A stretch of DNA of 47,058 nucleotides from a virus (IMGVR_UViG_3300039239_000038:1-47058), one strand, 5' to 3'. Positions 9,186 through 19,211 are shown, counted from the stretch's first letter. The notes: a model not told the origin generated them from the letters alone. Numbers and translations: made by a program.

Positions 9186-10006
9186 GCGTGATCCACCTTC
9201 CCCGCCATCATCGGAGACCCGACCGGGTCAGTCACGTCGAACTGGAACGTCCGCGAGAACCCGCCCGGGATGCTCGTCCACTCACGGAACCGCAACCACC
9301 GGGACACGTCCTGACCGCCGAGCGTCGCCCGACCTTTCTCGATCACGACCGACTGGCCGGCGGGGATGGGACGTTCGAACCCGAACCGGGCGCCCGTCTC
9401 CACGCACGTGACCAGCGCGGACGAGAACCCACCCGACAGCACGAACGACGGCGACGACGGCGCTTTCCCATCGTTGGGGAGCAGCACACGCCCGCTCGAA
9501 CCACCACCGGGCCAGACCGCCGTCCAGACCACCGGCCAAACGACACCCTGACCGGCAGACGGCGGGCCCGTCTCCACCCACTCCCCCGTCGAATACCGGC
9601 GGGGATCGGCCGCGCGGAAACGCACCTGATAGACCGCGGTCTTCCCGTAGACCAAGATGCGAACGTCGGGCTCGCCGACACGTCGCACCATCGCCCACTT
9701 GACGCCGGCCGGCTCCTCCACGGTCAGGAGCCCGCCCTCCCCGCCGGCCAAGACCGAAGACAGGGCGTTCATGCGTTCGGCCTGATCCAGGCCATCCTCT
9801 GTGTGGATGACACCCTCGACCGTGATCGTGCGTGCCCCCAGAAGACCGTCCTTCGGGAACTCGCCGTGCTGCTGAGGGCGCTCGATGGTGGGCAGACGTG
9901 TCGCAACGCCCGCCCACCACCCGGTGAGCCCGTCCTCGCTGATCGTGTACGTTGCCGGGCCATCTGTCCCATCGAGCGTCAGACCGCCTACGTGCACTCT
10001 CACCAT
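9176..10006 (-). CDS. Distal tail protein (Dit-like)
   Basis: First tail gene after tape measure; FRAADPRRY motif; GAAGGAG RBS. Confidence 0.75.
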   Translation of the reverse strand: MVRVHVGGLTLDGTDGPATYTISEDGLTGWWAGVATRLPTIERPQQHGEFPKDGLLGARTITVEGVIHTEDGLDQAERMNALSSVLAGGEGGLLTVEEPAGVKWAMVRRVGEPDVRILVYGKTAVYQVRFRAADPRRYSTGEWVETGPPSAGQGVVWPVVWTAVWPGGGSSGRVLLPNDGKAPSSPSFVLSGGFSSALVTCVETGARFGFERPIPAGQSVVIEKGRATLGGQDVSRWLRFREWTSIPGGFSRTFQFDVTDPVGSPMMAGKVDHAWW

Positions 10007-10060
10007 CACGGACTCCTTCGTGCGGGATAGAGCCCGGCATTGGCTGCTACGTTCTGCCAC

Positions 10061-10252
10061 ATGTACTCATCTGCCGCTGCATCCACGGGGCTCGTCGTCA
10101 CGGCGCTCATCGTCGCCATTTCCCTCCTGGCGCTGTACTTCATCGTCCGAGGGGCCGTATCGGACGGGATGAAGAACTACGCGCGCTGGCGAGAGGAGAC
10201 GGGGCGGGACGTGCCACCCACCACAGATGGCAGCGCACCACCCGCCCCGTGA
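10061..10252 (+). CDS. Small single-TM protein, opposite strand within tail operon
   Basis: Extended -10 TGCTACGTT (10045-10053) 7 nt before ATG; TM GLVVTALIVAISLLALYFIV. Confidence 0.65.
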   Translation: MYSSAAASTGLVVTALIVAISLLALYFIVRGAVSDGMKNYARWREETGRDVPPTTDGSAPPAP

Positions 10253-10255
10253 CCC

Positions 10256-13200
10256 TCAGGCCGATCGCATCGCGAAGGAGATTCGTTCACCCGCGATCCG
10301 CCCGACCTCAGCCTCCGACATCCCCGGCTGCGGGTAGATCTTCAGGTCGATCGGTCTCTGCTCCTGCACGACCGGCGCGGAGACAGGACTCGCGGAGACG
10401 TAGGAACTCATGTACTGCGGGCTTCGATCCACGTAGCCACCGTTCGCATACCCCTTGATCGGGGGCATCTCCCCGCCAGCATTCATGTGCTCCAGCCACG
10501 CCCGATTGCGAGGCTTCGCAACCTCACGCGAGCGAGTGACGAACTCGCCAGTGGCGAGTGCGTACACGACGTTGTCGCGGTCAGACGGCGGGCCCGGAAT
10601 GATGCCACCCATCGCACGGCCGGGTCGGATGCTCGTGGGATCGAGCGAGTCCGTGACCGTGTTCAGGCGGATGGTCGTGCCGTTCCACTGGTTGTAGATC
10701 GCGGTGAGCTGAGCATTCACTCCCGAGGTGTCCACCTTCAGGTACGGCGTGACGTTCTCGATGCGGAGCTTGTACTCCCTCATGATCTGCTCGACCGTGG
10801 CCTGACCGCTGGCCAACTTGCCAGCGATCTCAGACGCAGCACCCTGTCCCAGTTGCGCGGCCGCCGCCGCCACAATCGGTGACGCATTCGTTAGGGCGCT
10901 CGTGAAAGCATCCGTACCGCTCTTCGACCGCTCGCCGAATGCTTTCTCCATCACGGCCAGCTGTTCGTCGCTGGCATTGACCAGCTCCGCGACGAGAGGA
11001 GCACCTTCCGGGCCGAGAGATGCCAGCTCAGAGAGGACACCTTCCGATACGCGCCCGGAGAGCAGGATCATGTTCTTTTCCCACTCTGTCTGCGCATCGA
11101 TCTGCTTCTGCAGTTCGGTTATGTAATCAGCCAGGTTGACGGAGAAACCGTCGTAGTAGTCCTCCCACGAATCACCCGAGTCTTCGGTCTTAGCCGCGGT
11201 GTCTTCCGCCCACTCGCGCTGCTTATCCTGCATCGCGGTGAGTGCGTCACCGAAACCGATAAACCGCTCGTCACCGCCAGCTAGCGCCTCGAAGAATGCC
11301 TTCTGGGCATCCGTTGCTTCCTGCGTAGCCGTGGCCACGTCACCCTGAGCGATCTCAAGCAGCTTCGTGGACTTCGCGGAGGCGTCGAGCCCCTCGACCT
11401 GCACGCCGGTGCTGTTCGCCTGAGCGATCAGCGCGTCGCGGAACTCCGGCATCCGGTCGAGTAGGTCCTTCTGCTCCTGGTCGGTGAGATTGAACCCATC
11501 CGCCAGGACACGGAAACCATCCTGAGCAGCTGGAAGATCCGTCGCGGCCAGGCGTCCAAGCTGCTCGCCTAGTCGCCCGAGGTTCGCATCGAGCTGCTGA
11601 GCCTCGATGTCGAACCCCTTGAGGAAGGGGTTACGGGCGATGATGTCTAGCTTCGCCTTGAACGTATCGGCGTCCTTGATCGCTCCCGACAGGAACGAGA
11701 TTGGCGTCCCCTTGTCCGAAACGGCGAACAGCTCCGCCGGGCTGGTGGCGTTGCGGATGACGTTCTCGTACTCTGCGGATGTGGCCTTCAGTTTGTCGAG
11801 AGCCTGCTGCAACGCGGCGACGCCGACAGCGCCAGCCGCGAGACCAAGGCCCCATGGCCCGCCGAGGAAAGACACGAGGCTGCTCATACCGCCACGCATC
11901 CGGCTGACGCCGTTCACTGTCGCCTCTGCCGCTCGAGCGACACCCGGTAGCTCCGACGCGCGGAGCGTGGTCAGGGCGGCGTTGAAGGCCGCGATCTTCG
12001 GCACGGCGATCAGGAACGCCCCGCCTGCCAGCGCGGCCCCACCCGCGACCGTACCGAGCAGCGCGACACCGAACTGGAGCCCCTCGGGAAGGTCAGAGAA
12101 CCCCTTCGAGAGCGTGGTGACGGCTTCTGCCACACCCTTCACGGCCGGGAGGAACACCGACCCGTAGTCGATCGCAGCGTCCCGTGCCGCGTTCGCCGCG
12201 ATCTGCAGCTTCGCCTCAGTCGTCTCGTACCGCTTGTTGGCCTCATCAGTCAGCGCGGAGTTCTGCTCCCACGCCTTCGACTGCAGGTCGAGCGAGTCGG
12301 TGAGGAGATCCCCGGCACCCTTGAGCTGCAGCAGCACCCGCTGCTCCTCGGTCGACTTGAAACCGAGGTCGGTGAGCGTCTTCACGACGTTCCCGCCGGA
12401 CGCCTCGACCCCGTTCAGACCCTTCGCGAACGTGTCGAGCGCGCGCACCGGGTCGTTCCGGAACTGGTCCGCGAACTCCTTCGACGTGACGCCCGCTACC
12501 TTCGCGAAGGCGGCGAGCTGGTCACCACCCGTCTGCACGGCCGAGTACAGGTCCTGGAGCACCCGAGACGCGACGCCACCACCGAGCTCTGCGGTGATAC
12601 CCATGGAGGCGAGGGCGTTCGCGAGACCGAGGACTTCACCTTCGGTAGCACCGACCAGCTTGCCGGAGCCGGAGATGCGCTGCGCCATCTGGACGATGTC
12701 GCGCTCCGTCGACGCCCCCGCGTTACCGAGCGCCACGAGGGTCGCCCCGAGCCGGCCGACGTCCTCAGGTGCGGTCTGCATCACGTTCATCAGCTGCGCG
12801 ATGCTCGTGGCGGCCTCGTCAGCGGAGAGATTCGTCGTCTCCGACAGGTCGATCATCGTCTTCGTGAACGAGGCGATGTCCTGACGCTTCACGCCGAGCT
12901 GACCCGCAGCTTCCGCGACTCCCGCGATCTCCTCATGGGTGGCGGGGAGAACGCCGGTCAGCGAGCGGAGCTGCTCCTCGAGCGCGCCCATCTCCTCGGC
13001 GTTCCCGTCGACGGTCTTCGTAACGCCGGCCCACGCCGACTCCCAGTCGATCGCGGCCTTCACCGATAGTGCCGTCGCGGCGGTGGCGATCGCGCCGACG
13101 GCGAGGAGCTTGGTGCCTACTTGCTCCATCGCCGCGTGCTGCCGCTCATACGCGGCCATGGCGTCCTCGCCGGACTCCTTGAGCTTCTGGTTCGCCTGGC

Positions 13201-13270
13201 GGGCCTTCTCGTAGTTGGCGAGGTAGTTATTCACCTCGGCGAACAGGACGACCTTGACGATGCGCTCCAC
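10256..13270 (-). CDS. Tape measure protein
   Basis: 1004 aa, Ala-rich, TP901-type N-terminal region (AAIDWESAWAGVTKT). Confidence 0.93.
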   Translation of the reverse strand: MERIVKVVLFAEVNNYLANYEKARQANQKLKESGEDAMAAYERQHAAMEQVGTKLLAVGAIATAATALSVKAAIDWESAWAGVTKTVDGNAEEMGALEEQLRSLTGVLPATHEEIAGVAEAAGQLGVKRQDIASFTKTMIDLSETTNLSADEAATSIAQLMNVMQTAPEDVGRLGATLVALGNAGASTERDIVQMAQRISGSGKLVGATEGEVLGLANALASMGITAELGGGVASRVLQDLYSAVQTGGDQLAAFAKVAGVTSKEFADQFRNDPVRALDTFAKGLNGVEASGGNVVKTLTDLGFKSTEEQRVLLQLKGAGDLLTDSLDLQSKAWEQNSALTDEANKRYETTEAKLQIAANAARDAAIDYGSVFLPAVKGVAEAVTTLSKGFSDLPEGLQFGVALLGTVAGGAALAGGAFLIAVPKIAAFNAALTTLRASELPGVARAAEATVNGVSRMRGGMSSLVSFLGGPWGLGLAAGAVGVAALQQALDKLKATSAEYENVIRNATSPAELFAVSDKGTPISFLSGAIKDADTFKAKLDIIARNPFLKGFDIEAQQLDANLGRLGEQLGRLAATDLPAAQDGFRVLADGFNLTDQEQKDLLDRMPEFRDALIAQANSTGVQVEGLDASAKSTKLLEIAQGDVATATQEATDAQKAFFEALAGGDERFIGFGDALTAMQDKQREWAEDTAAKTEDSGDSWEDYYDGFSVNLADYITELQKQIDAQTEWEKNMILLSGRVSEGVLSELASLGPEGAPLVAELVNASDEQLAVMEKAFGERSKSGTDAFTSALTNASPIVAAAAAQLGQGAASEIAGKLASGQATVEQIMREYKLRIENVTPYLKVDTSGVNAQLTAIYNQWNGTTIRLNTVTDSLDPTSIRPGRAMGGIIPGPPSDRDNVVYALATGEFVTRSREVAKPRNRAWLEHMNAGGEMPPIKGYANGGYVDRSPQYMSSYVSASPVSAPVVQEQRPIDLKIYPQPGMSEAEVGRIAGERISFAMRSA

Positions 13271-13309
13271 GATGGCACCTCCGTCCTGTCGTCGACGGCG
13301 GGCAGTGGC

Positions 13310-13729
13310 CTACCGTGTGACCCGTTCGACGTCGAAGTAGACGCCGTTCAGGTTCGCTCCGTCGCCGGACGCCTTCTTGTGCGCATCCATCGCGTCAAGA
13401 GCGGCCCTGCGGGCGTAGTTCGTGTGCGGGCCCGTCGCGGCGTACGCGTAGTCGCTGCCGTAGCTGCTGGGCGCCGCGTCGTCCGACGTTGCTTCGGGGA
13501 GCCATTCGCCGAACTCGCCGGTGTTCCGCTCGACGATGAGGAGTGCCTGCACGAGGCCTCGGGACTCGTCGTCCCACTCGCTCTCCGTCACGGACGAGAC
13601 GACGCGGCCGTGCTCGTCGTGAACGTACGTCGTGGTGGGCTGCCAGCCCCAGTACCTCCGTGGGGAGATGCCGGCGCGAACGGCGGCAGCTACTTCGTTG
13701 CGGAGCGCCGCGCTGCCCCGAAGTCTTTT
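13310..13729 (-). CDS. Tail assembly chaperone, -1 frameshifted C-terminal extension
   Basis: -1 frame from G GTA AAA (13732-13726) is open: KRLRGSAALRNEVAAAVRAGISPRRYWGWQP...VTESEWD. Confidence 0.75.
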   Translation of the reverse strand, partial: KRLRGSAALRNEVAAAVRAGISPRRYWGWQPTTTYVHDEHGRVVSSVTESEWDDESRGLVQALLIVERNTGEFGEWLPEATSDDAAPSSYGSDYAYAATGPHTNYARRAALDAMDAHKKASGDGANLNGVYFDVERVTR

Positions 13730-14283
13730 ACCAGTGCGTCCAGGCGGCTGGCCGGTTCCGCTTCGTTCAGGGACCAGACGGCGTTCTGCACATCCGTGAC
13801 CTCAGACCCAGAGAGGACCGCGAACAGGCGCGCCCACTGCTCGAGCGTGAGGCGATGTTCCTCGTCGTCTTCGACTCGGTAGCCGTACGCGGTGTCGGTG
13901 TCCTGGTCGACGTACGCCGCCGCCGCGAGAGACAGGGTGGAGATGTTGTAGCCGTAGTGGCGGTCGACGGGCACGTCGGCGCGGACGGGGTGGTGGAGGC
14001 TGAGCTCGCTCCATGCGTGACCGGGGATTCGGTAGAACCGCAGCGTGACGAGAGACTCCATCGCACGCTCACGCAGGTCGTCGATCTGCATCTTCAGCTC
14101 GGTGACCTTCGGGTTCTCGCCTGATGCCAGTCTCTGGTCTGTGGCCGCCTCGGCAGCGAAGTCGGTGATCTGCGCGCGGAGGCTGCTGATGCGCTCCGCG
14201 ATGTCGCCGTCGAGGCAGACGTGGACGTCCTTGAACGCGCGGGGGCGTTGTTCGGATCGGGTGAGGAGTTCGTCGAAGTTCAT
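13690..14283 (-). CDS. Tail assembly chaperone
   Basis: Between major tail and tape measure; start MNFDELL. Confidence 0.8.
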   Translation of the reverse strand: MNFDELLTRSEQRPRAFKDVHVCLDGDIAERISSLRAQITDFAAEAATDQRLASGENPKVTELKMQIDDLRERAMESLVTLRFYRIPGHAWSELSLHHPVRADVPVDRHYGYNISTLSLAAAAYVDQDTDTAYGYRVEDDEEHRLTLEQWARLFAVLSGSEVTDVQNAVWSLNEAEPASRLDALVKDFGAARRSATK

Positions 14284-14357
14284 GGTGTCCGCCGTTCTCC
14301 GCCGTGAAGGGGTGGACCGTGGGGGCGTCCGGCGGAGAACGCCCCCACGGGGTTGTG

Positions 14358-14870
14358 TCACGTCAGGGCGTGCTCGGCCGAGATGTAGTTCACGGCCGCG
14401 GCCTGCTTCATCGTGAACTTGCCGTCCTGGATGGGACCGGGGAGCTGAGCGCCGAGGGTCAGCGAGTATGCGCGGACCTTCTGCGACGCGGCGGCCAGGG
14501 TCTTCTGCGGGACGTTGCGGCGCTCGACGAAGATCCAGTCGCCCGGGGTGAGGATGACCGACGCGGACCCGGCGTCCGTGGAGTCCACGTACGACAGGTC
14601 CGGGACTTCCTGTGTCACGGCCTGCAGGGACTGACGCGACTGCGGCGACGTGAGGCGGGTGTCGGCGTTCTTGCCCTGCGACGGGTTGGGGTTCCACCCG
14701 CCCTGCATGAACGAGTAGGTGATCCGCTTCGCGCTCGTCGCGGCCAAGTTGGCGGCGGTGATGGCGTCGAGGTTGACCCCCGCAGTGGCGGCGGGGATGG
14801 CCCAGATGGTGAGGTTCCCGGTCTGGTCCACGGCGGGAGGTCCGCCGAATGCTTCAGGCGCGTCGGCCAT
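14358..14870 (-). CDS. Major tail protein
   Basis: Position; strong GAAAGGAG RBS; biased codon use. Confidence 0.8.
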   Translation of the reverse strand: MADAPEAFGGPPAVDQTGNLTIWAIPAATAGVNLDAITAANLAATSAKRITYSFMQGGWNPNPSQGKNADTRLTSPQSRQSLQAVTQEVPDLSYVDSTDAGSASVILTPGDWIFVERRNVPQKTLAAASQKVRAYSLTLGAQLPGPIQDGKFTMKQAAAVNYISAEHALT

Positions 14871-14945
14871 GAGCTCTCCTTTCGTCTCCCCGGCAACCGG
14901 GGGTTTCGGTTGACCCTCGGGGAGGCCGAGGGGGTCAGTGGGTGA

Positions 14946-15359
14946 TCAGGCAGCGCGGCTGCTGACGGTGTCGAAGTAGATGTCCTGGTAGAACAGGCGA
15001 ACGTTCGAGTCGTAGCGGGCGTCGTCCATGTCGCTCGTGAACGGGGTGCACGCGCGCCCGGCGACCTCGAGCCGCTGGCCGACGAACTGGGTGCGCAGCG
15101 CATCGACGAGGTCGACGAGACCGCCCGCGTCGACGGTGACGACCCGCCACTGGAACTCGACGCTGTAATCGCCTGCGACGTCCTCCGGTGAGGTGTTCCG
15201 TTCCCCGGCGTACCCGCGGATGGTGACCGTCAGCACGAGGTAGTTCCCGGAGACGGCCGTGGCGCCACTGTCGCGAAACACCTCGAAGATGTCACTCGAG
15301 TCGATGTATTCGTGCCCGGCGGCGAGGGACTTCGCGGCTTCGATGTGTTGGCGGAGCAT
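14946..15359 (-). CDS. Tail terminator
   Basis: Position and size. Confidence 0.6.
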   Translation of the reverse strand: MLRQHIEAAKSLAAGHEYIDSSDIFEVFRDSGATAVSGNYLVLTVTIRGYAGERNTSPEDVAGDYSVEFQWRVVTVDAGGLVDLVDALRTQFVGQRLEVAGRACTPFTSDMDDARYDSNVRLFYQDIYFDTVSSRAA

Positions 15360-15754
15360 CAGACGTCCGCCGCGTCAACGCCGGCCATGAGGATGCCGCG
15401 GATGAACCCGTCCTGGTTCGCTTTCGCGGCCAGGCGAGCCGCGTGCTGCGGGGACGTACCACGCTCTGCGACACCCTCTTCAAGGAAGCCGAGCGCGCCC
15501 TGCCCCTTGGTCGGGTCCGGACCGATCTCGGCCATTACGCCGTCACCGGTCTTCTCGATGTCGTAGCTCATGGACGCGGGGTAGCCGCGCGCGTGGCGGC
15601 CGGACGACGCCCGTGACACTGCGCGCATGTCGTCGCGGACGTCTTGCGCGGACACCTGCACCGCCTTGCGGACGTTGCTGTGGAGGTGCCGTGGCACGTC
15701 GCCCATGTCGGCAATGAGACCGTTCAGGTCGGTGAAGTCGAATGACACGCTCAC
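15359..15754 (-). CDS. HK97 gp10-like neck/tail completion protein
   Basis: AEIGP...GFLEEG motif. Confidence 0.65.
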   Translation of the reverse strand: MSVSFDFTDLNGLIADMGDVPRHLHSNVRKAVQVSAQDVRDDMRAVSRASSGRHARGYPASMSYDIEKTGDGVMAEIGPDPTKGQGALGFLEEGVAERGTSPQHAARLAAKANQDGFIRGILMAGVDAADV

Positions 15755-16143
15755 GTCTGCTCCTTCACGGGGTATCGGTGGGCAGTCACCTGCCCCATGT
15801 CCGGGATGCCGGTCACCTCGAACGTGAGGCCGACGAGGGACTGGTCCGAGGTCGACCCGGTGACATCGATCTCATCCCCGTCGGTCAGCATCGGCGCGGC
15901 CACGGGAAGGTCGACGCGGAGGTCCTGTGTGGCGACGGCCTGGCTCGCGGAGTCACGGTCGGAGACCGCGCGGCTCGCCCCGTTGGCGACGCGGGCGGAG
16001 CCCGAGTACTTCTCGGTCACCAGCACGCGTGTCGCCTTCCCAGCGACCGTGCGCATCGCCCAAGTACCGGCGACGATCGTCTCCGTCATCCGCTGCTCCG
16101 CGCGCTCACGGCCACGCTGAAGCACGGTCGGGTCGTACGCCAT
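15751..16143 (-). CDS. Head-to-tail stopper
   Basis: GRERAEQRMTET...TAHRYPV pattern. Confidence 0.65.
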   Translation of the reverse strand: MAYDPTVLQRGRERAEQRMTETIVAGTWAMRTVAGKATRVLVTEKYSGSARVANGASRAVSDRDSASQAVATQDLRVDLPVAAPMLTDGDEIDVTGSTSDQSLVGLTFEVTGIPDMGQVTAHRYPVKEQT

Positions 16144-16553
16144 CAGCTCTGCCCCAACCGGATCGTGAACGCCCCCGTGCGGCGCTTCACGAGCGGGACG
16201 AGCGCGTCAGCCTCCGAGTCGCTGATGAACAGGACACCCTCCTCCGACTCGCGGGCACGGCGGCGGGTGAGGGACCAGTCGTCGATCTGCTCCCGCTCCT
16301 CAGCCCACCCATCGGTGTTCTTGAGGAACCGTGCGACGACGTCGGCGATCGTGGAGACGTACCGCCGCTCCCAGTCCGCGAATTCCTCGGCAGTCGCGAA
16401 GGTGGGCGGCTGGTGGATGCCGCGGAGGCGCAGCGCTGTCCGGAGCTGCGCCCCCGCGTCTTCGATGCGAGCCGCCGCCACTACGGCCTCCGCGGCGGTG
16501 AGCGGTCGCCACCGATCCGCGATGTCGTCCGCGGTGACGTTCGGCCACGCCAT
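16143..16553 (-). CDS. Head-to-tail adaptor
   Basis: DIADRWRPLT...VARFLKN...GAFTI pattern. Confidence 0.75.
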   Translation of the reverse strand: MAWPNVTADDIADRWRPLTAAEAVVAAARIEDAGAQLRTALRLRGIHQPPTFATAEEFADWERRYVSTIADVVARFLKNTDGWAEEREQIDDWSLTRRRARESEEGVLFISDSEADALVPLVKRRTGAFTIRLGQS

Positions 16554-16555
16554 CG

Positions 16556-16918
16556 TCACTCCACCGGGATGTCGACGCTCTTCAGCGCCTCGATGATGTC
16601 GGTCTTCGTCGCGTCGGCGGGGATGTCGATCTCGAGCCCCTTCGCCTTGGCGGCTGCGACGCCATACGCCCGCCAGGCGCCCGCACCGGACCCTGCACCG
16701 CCACGAGGGGGCAGAGACGGCTCGGACGCGCCAGATGAGCCGGTGTCGCTTCCTGCGCCGTCTTCCTTTCCCTCGTCGGCGTAGACATCATCGGCGTTCT
16801 TCTCGGCGAGGAGGTGGTCGCCAACCTTCACGCCCTTGGGGATCTTGTCGCCCGCTCGGAGGATCAGACCCGTCTCGGTGAGGGCGATCCCTTCGAGGTC
16901 GTCTCGGATTTTGGCCAT
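16556..16918 (-). CDS. Capsid-associated hypothetical protein
   Basis: PPRGGAGSGAGAWRAY motif after major capsid. Confidence 0.65.
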   Translation of the reverse strand: MAKIRDDLEGIALTETGLILRAGDKIPKGVKVGDHLLAEKNADDVYADEGKEDGAGSDTGSSGASEPSLPPRGGAGSGAGAWRAYGVAAAKAKGLEIDIPADATKTDIIEALKSVDIPVE

Positions 16919-16990
16919 GTCGTTGTAGTCCTTTCGCGCGAGCGGGGCCCGAACGCATTGCGCGCCGGGCCCCGCCAGTTCTGTGATGGG

Positions 16991-18007
16991 TTACGCGAGG
17001 ACCTTGGCCGCGAGGCTCAGGTTCGCGTTCGCGAGCACGGGAAGGGCGATCGCGTCCGAGATGACCTCGGCGATCATCGGTGGCTTCTCGCCGCGGTACG
17101 TGCCGGCCACGATGCCCGGCTGCTCCGATTCCTCGATGCCGTACCGCTCGTCCGTCGACGTCAGGGTCTGACCCCAGAACGTCGCTCCGAGCTCGGTGTC
17201 CTCCCACGCGTCGGTGTCGACCGGCGCGGGCAGGAGCAGCAGCTTCGTGTCGTCGAGGACCTTCCCCGACTTCGTGCGGCGGTCGTACTTCACGATCGGC
17301 GGGAGGCCGGCGCCGGTGACGATGTCACGCACGTCGGTCTCGGTCGATGCGCGAGAGGCGCCGTTGTTGAGCTGCACGCGGAACTGGTCGCCGGCCGACA
17401 GGGCGGTGAACACCTTCGAGGACATCAGCATCGAGCCGGGCTCAACACCGTTGGTGTCCAGGTAGATGTCGCGCAGCGCCTGCAGGTACGCGAGGCGGTC
17501 GACGTTGCTCGCGGACCACAGGCTGGTCGCGGTGACGTCGTGCTCGGTCTTGCGACCGAAGGTGTCGTCGGCGCCGATCTCGGGGATCGTGGCCTTGCCG
17601 GTGGCGAGGACGATGCCGCGGAGGCGCTCGACCCGGTCGGCGACGGCCTGCACGACGCGGCGCGCCGTGGCGAGGATGGATGCCTCGATCTGCGCGTCCG
17701 GGGCGTTCCGGGTGCGGAGCTGCTCGTACTCGGAGATCGCGATCTCCTGGCCGACTGCGGCAAGCTCGAGGATGGTGCGCTTGCGCGCGGGGCGCGCGCC
17801 GGGCTTGATCTCGGCGTCGAAGGCGCGGAACAGCGCCTCCTCCACCAGTCCCGCCTCACCGGCGAAGAACCGCACGACGATGTCGGCGACCTCACGGTTC
17901 GGCAGGTATTGGGCGAGGGTGGCACGGTTGCGCTCGTACTCCGAGAGGGAGGCGCGCACGTAGCCGGTGAGGGTGGCCGGGTCGACGATGTCAGTCCACA
18001 GGGGCAT
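16991..18007 (-). CDS. Major capsid protein
   Basis: 338 aa, position, highly biased codons. Confidence 0.88.
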   Translation of the reverse strand: MPLWTDIVDPATLTGYVRASLSEYERNRATLAQYLPNREVADIVVRFFAGEAGLVEEALFRAFDAEIKPGARPARKRTILELAAVGQEIAISEYEQLRTRNAPDAQIEASILATARRVVQAVADRVERLRGIVLATGKATIPEIGADDTFGRKTEHDVTATSLWSASNVDRLAYLQALRDIYLDTNGVEPGSMLMSSKVFTALSAGDQFRVQLNNGASRASTETDVRDIVTGAGLPPIVKYDRRTKSGKVLDDTKLLLLPAPVDTDAWEDTELGATFWGQTLTSTDERYGIEESEQPGIVAGTYRGEKPPMIAEVISDAIALPVLANANLSLAAKVLA

Positions 18008-18020
18008 GATCTGTCTCCTC

Positions 18021-18410
18021 TCAGACGTACTTGATCAGCGAAGCGAGCTTCGCGGTGGCGGGCTTGGCGAAGTTCGCGTAGAAGGCGGCGATCTTCGAGA
18101 CCTTCACGCGACCGTGATCGAACAGCGGGACACCGAAGTCCTTGTCGTCGACGACGCTCTGGTCGGTGAGGATGTGTCCCTCGAGGACGCCCGCGCCGGT
18201 GGTCGTGCCGGCGGTGACGTCGTAGGGAACGAGGAGGCCGCCGACGAGGGCGACCGGAGTGCCGGAGCGGATGTAGCCGTCCGGGTAGTGCGTACTCTTG
18301 GTGAAGGCCGAGATGTCGAGGATCTCGGTCCGGCCGTTACGGATGCCGTGGTCGGAGTCGAGCCACGACATGTCTCCCGTGCCGAGCGTCTCCTGGCGGA
18401 GCTTGGGCAT
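18021..18410 (-). CDS. Capsid decoration/minor head protein
   Basis: GDMSWL...HYPDGYIRSGTPV motif between scaffold and capsid. Confidence 0.7.
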   Translation of the reverse strand: MPKLRQETLGTGDMSWLDSDHGIRNGRTEILDISAFTKSTHYPDGYIRSGTPVALVGGLLVPYDVTAGTTTGAGVLEGHILTDQSVVDDKDFGVPLFDHGRVKVSKIAAFYANFAKPATAKLASLIKYV

Positions 18411-18414
18411 GATG

Positions 18415-19053
18415 TCAGTCCTTTCCAGACTTGTTCTTGGAGTGCTTCTCGTCGTAGAGGTCACGTCCCGACTGGACGCTGCCGCCGGTCGCGTTGGTGT
18501 CGCGGTCGCCCTGTCCGGGAATGGGGCGGCGCCCCGGCTTCGCGGGCTCGACGGCGGTCGAGTTGTCGTCGACCCACTTCTTCAGCGCTTCCGCGTCGAC
18601 GTTCTTGCCGTCCTCGCTGACGAGGCTCTTGCGGTCGAGCGCGAAGAGCTTCGAGGCGGGCACGGTGCGCCCTTCGAGCGCCTTGTCGAGCTGGTCGCCG
18701 ACGCGCTCCAAAGCGAGCTCGAGGCGATCCGCTGCGCGGGCCTCCTCGATGCGCTTGTCGACGTCCTCCTGCGAGAGCGGCGCCGGCTTGCCGTCGTCGT
18801 CCTTCGGCTTCGGCTGCGTCACGGCACGGAACTTCTCCGCGTCGCTCTTCAGGTCGTCGTAGTCGGAGTACTTCGCGCGCTCTTCCTCGCGGGCCTTCTG
18901 CTCGGCGCGGCGTGCCCGGTCGGACACGATGCGGTCGAGTTCCTCCTGCGATGCCGGTGCCTTGAACTCCTTGCCGCCGCCCTTCTCGTCATCGTCGGCG
19001 ACGAAGCGGAGGTAGGGGCTGCGGATGAGATGGCCGAATGCGTTGCGCTTCAT
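18415..19053 (-). CDS. Scaffolding protein
   Basis: SQEELDRIV...YSDYDDLK motif, charged. Confidence 0.8.
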   Translation of the reverse strand: MKRNAFGHLIRSPYLRFVADDDEKGGGKEFKAPASQEELDRIVSDRARRAEQKAREEERAKYSDYDDLKSDAEKFRAVTQPKPKDDDGKPAPLSQEDVDKRIEEARAADRLELALERVGDQLDKALEGRTVPASKLFALDRKSLVSEDGKNVDAEALKKWVDDNSTAVEPAKPGRRPIPGQGDRDTNATGGSVQSGRDLYDEKHSKNKSGKD

Positions 19054-19069
19054 GGTGGGTTGTGACCTT

Positions 19070-19113
19070 CCGTTTATCGGGCCCGTCGGCCGCCGTTTAT
19101 GGCCCGTCGGCCG
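19070..19113. repeat. Imperfect tandem repeat upstream of scaffold gene
   Basis: CCGTTTAT(CG)GGCCCGTCGGCCG x2. Confidence 0.7.
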
Positions 19114-19211
19114 TGCCGCGACACGCTCGCGTAGCGCCTCCACCGAGACGGTGGGAAGTGTGTGGGGGCGGCGCCCGTAGACCGGGGAAGATGCCGGCGG
19201 ACGCCGCCCTG

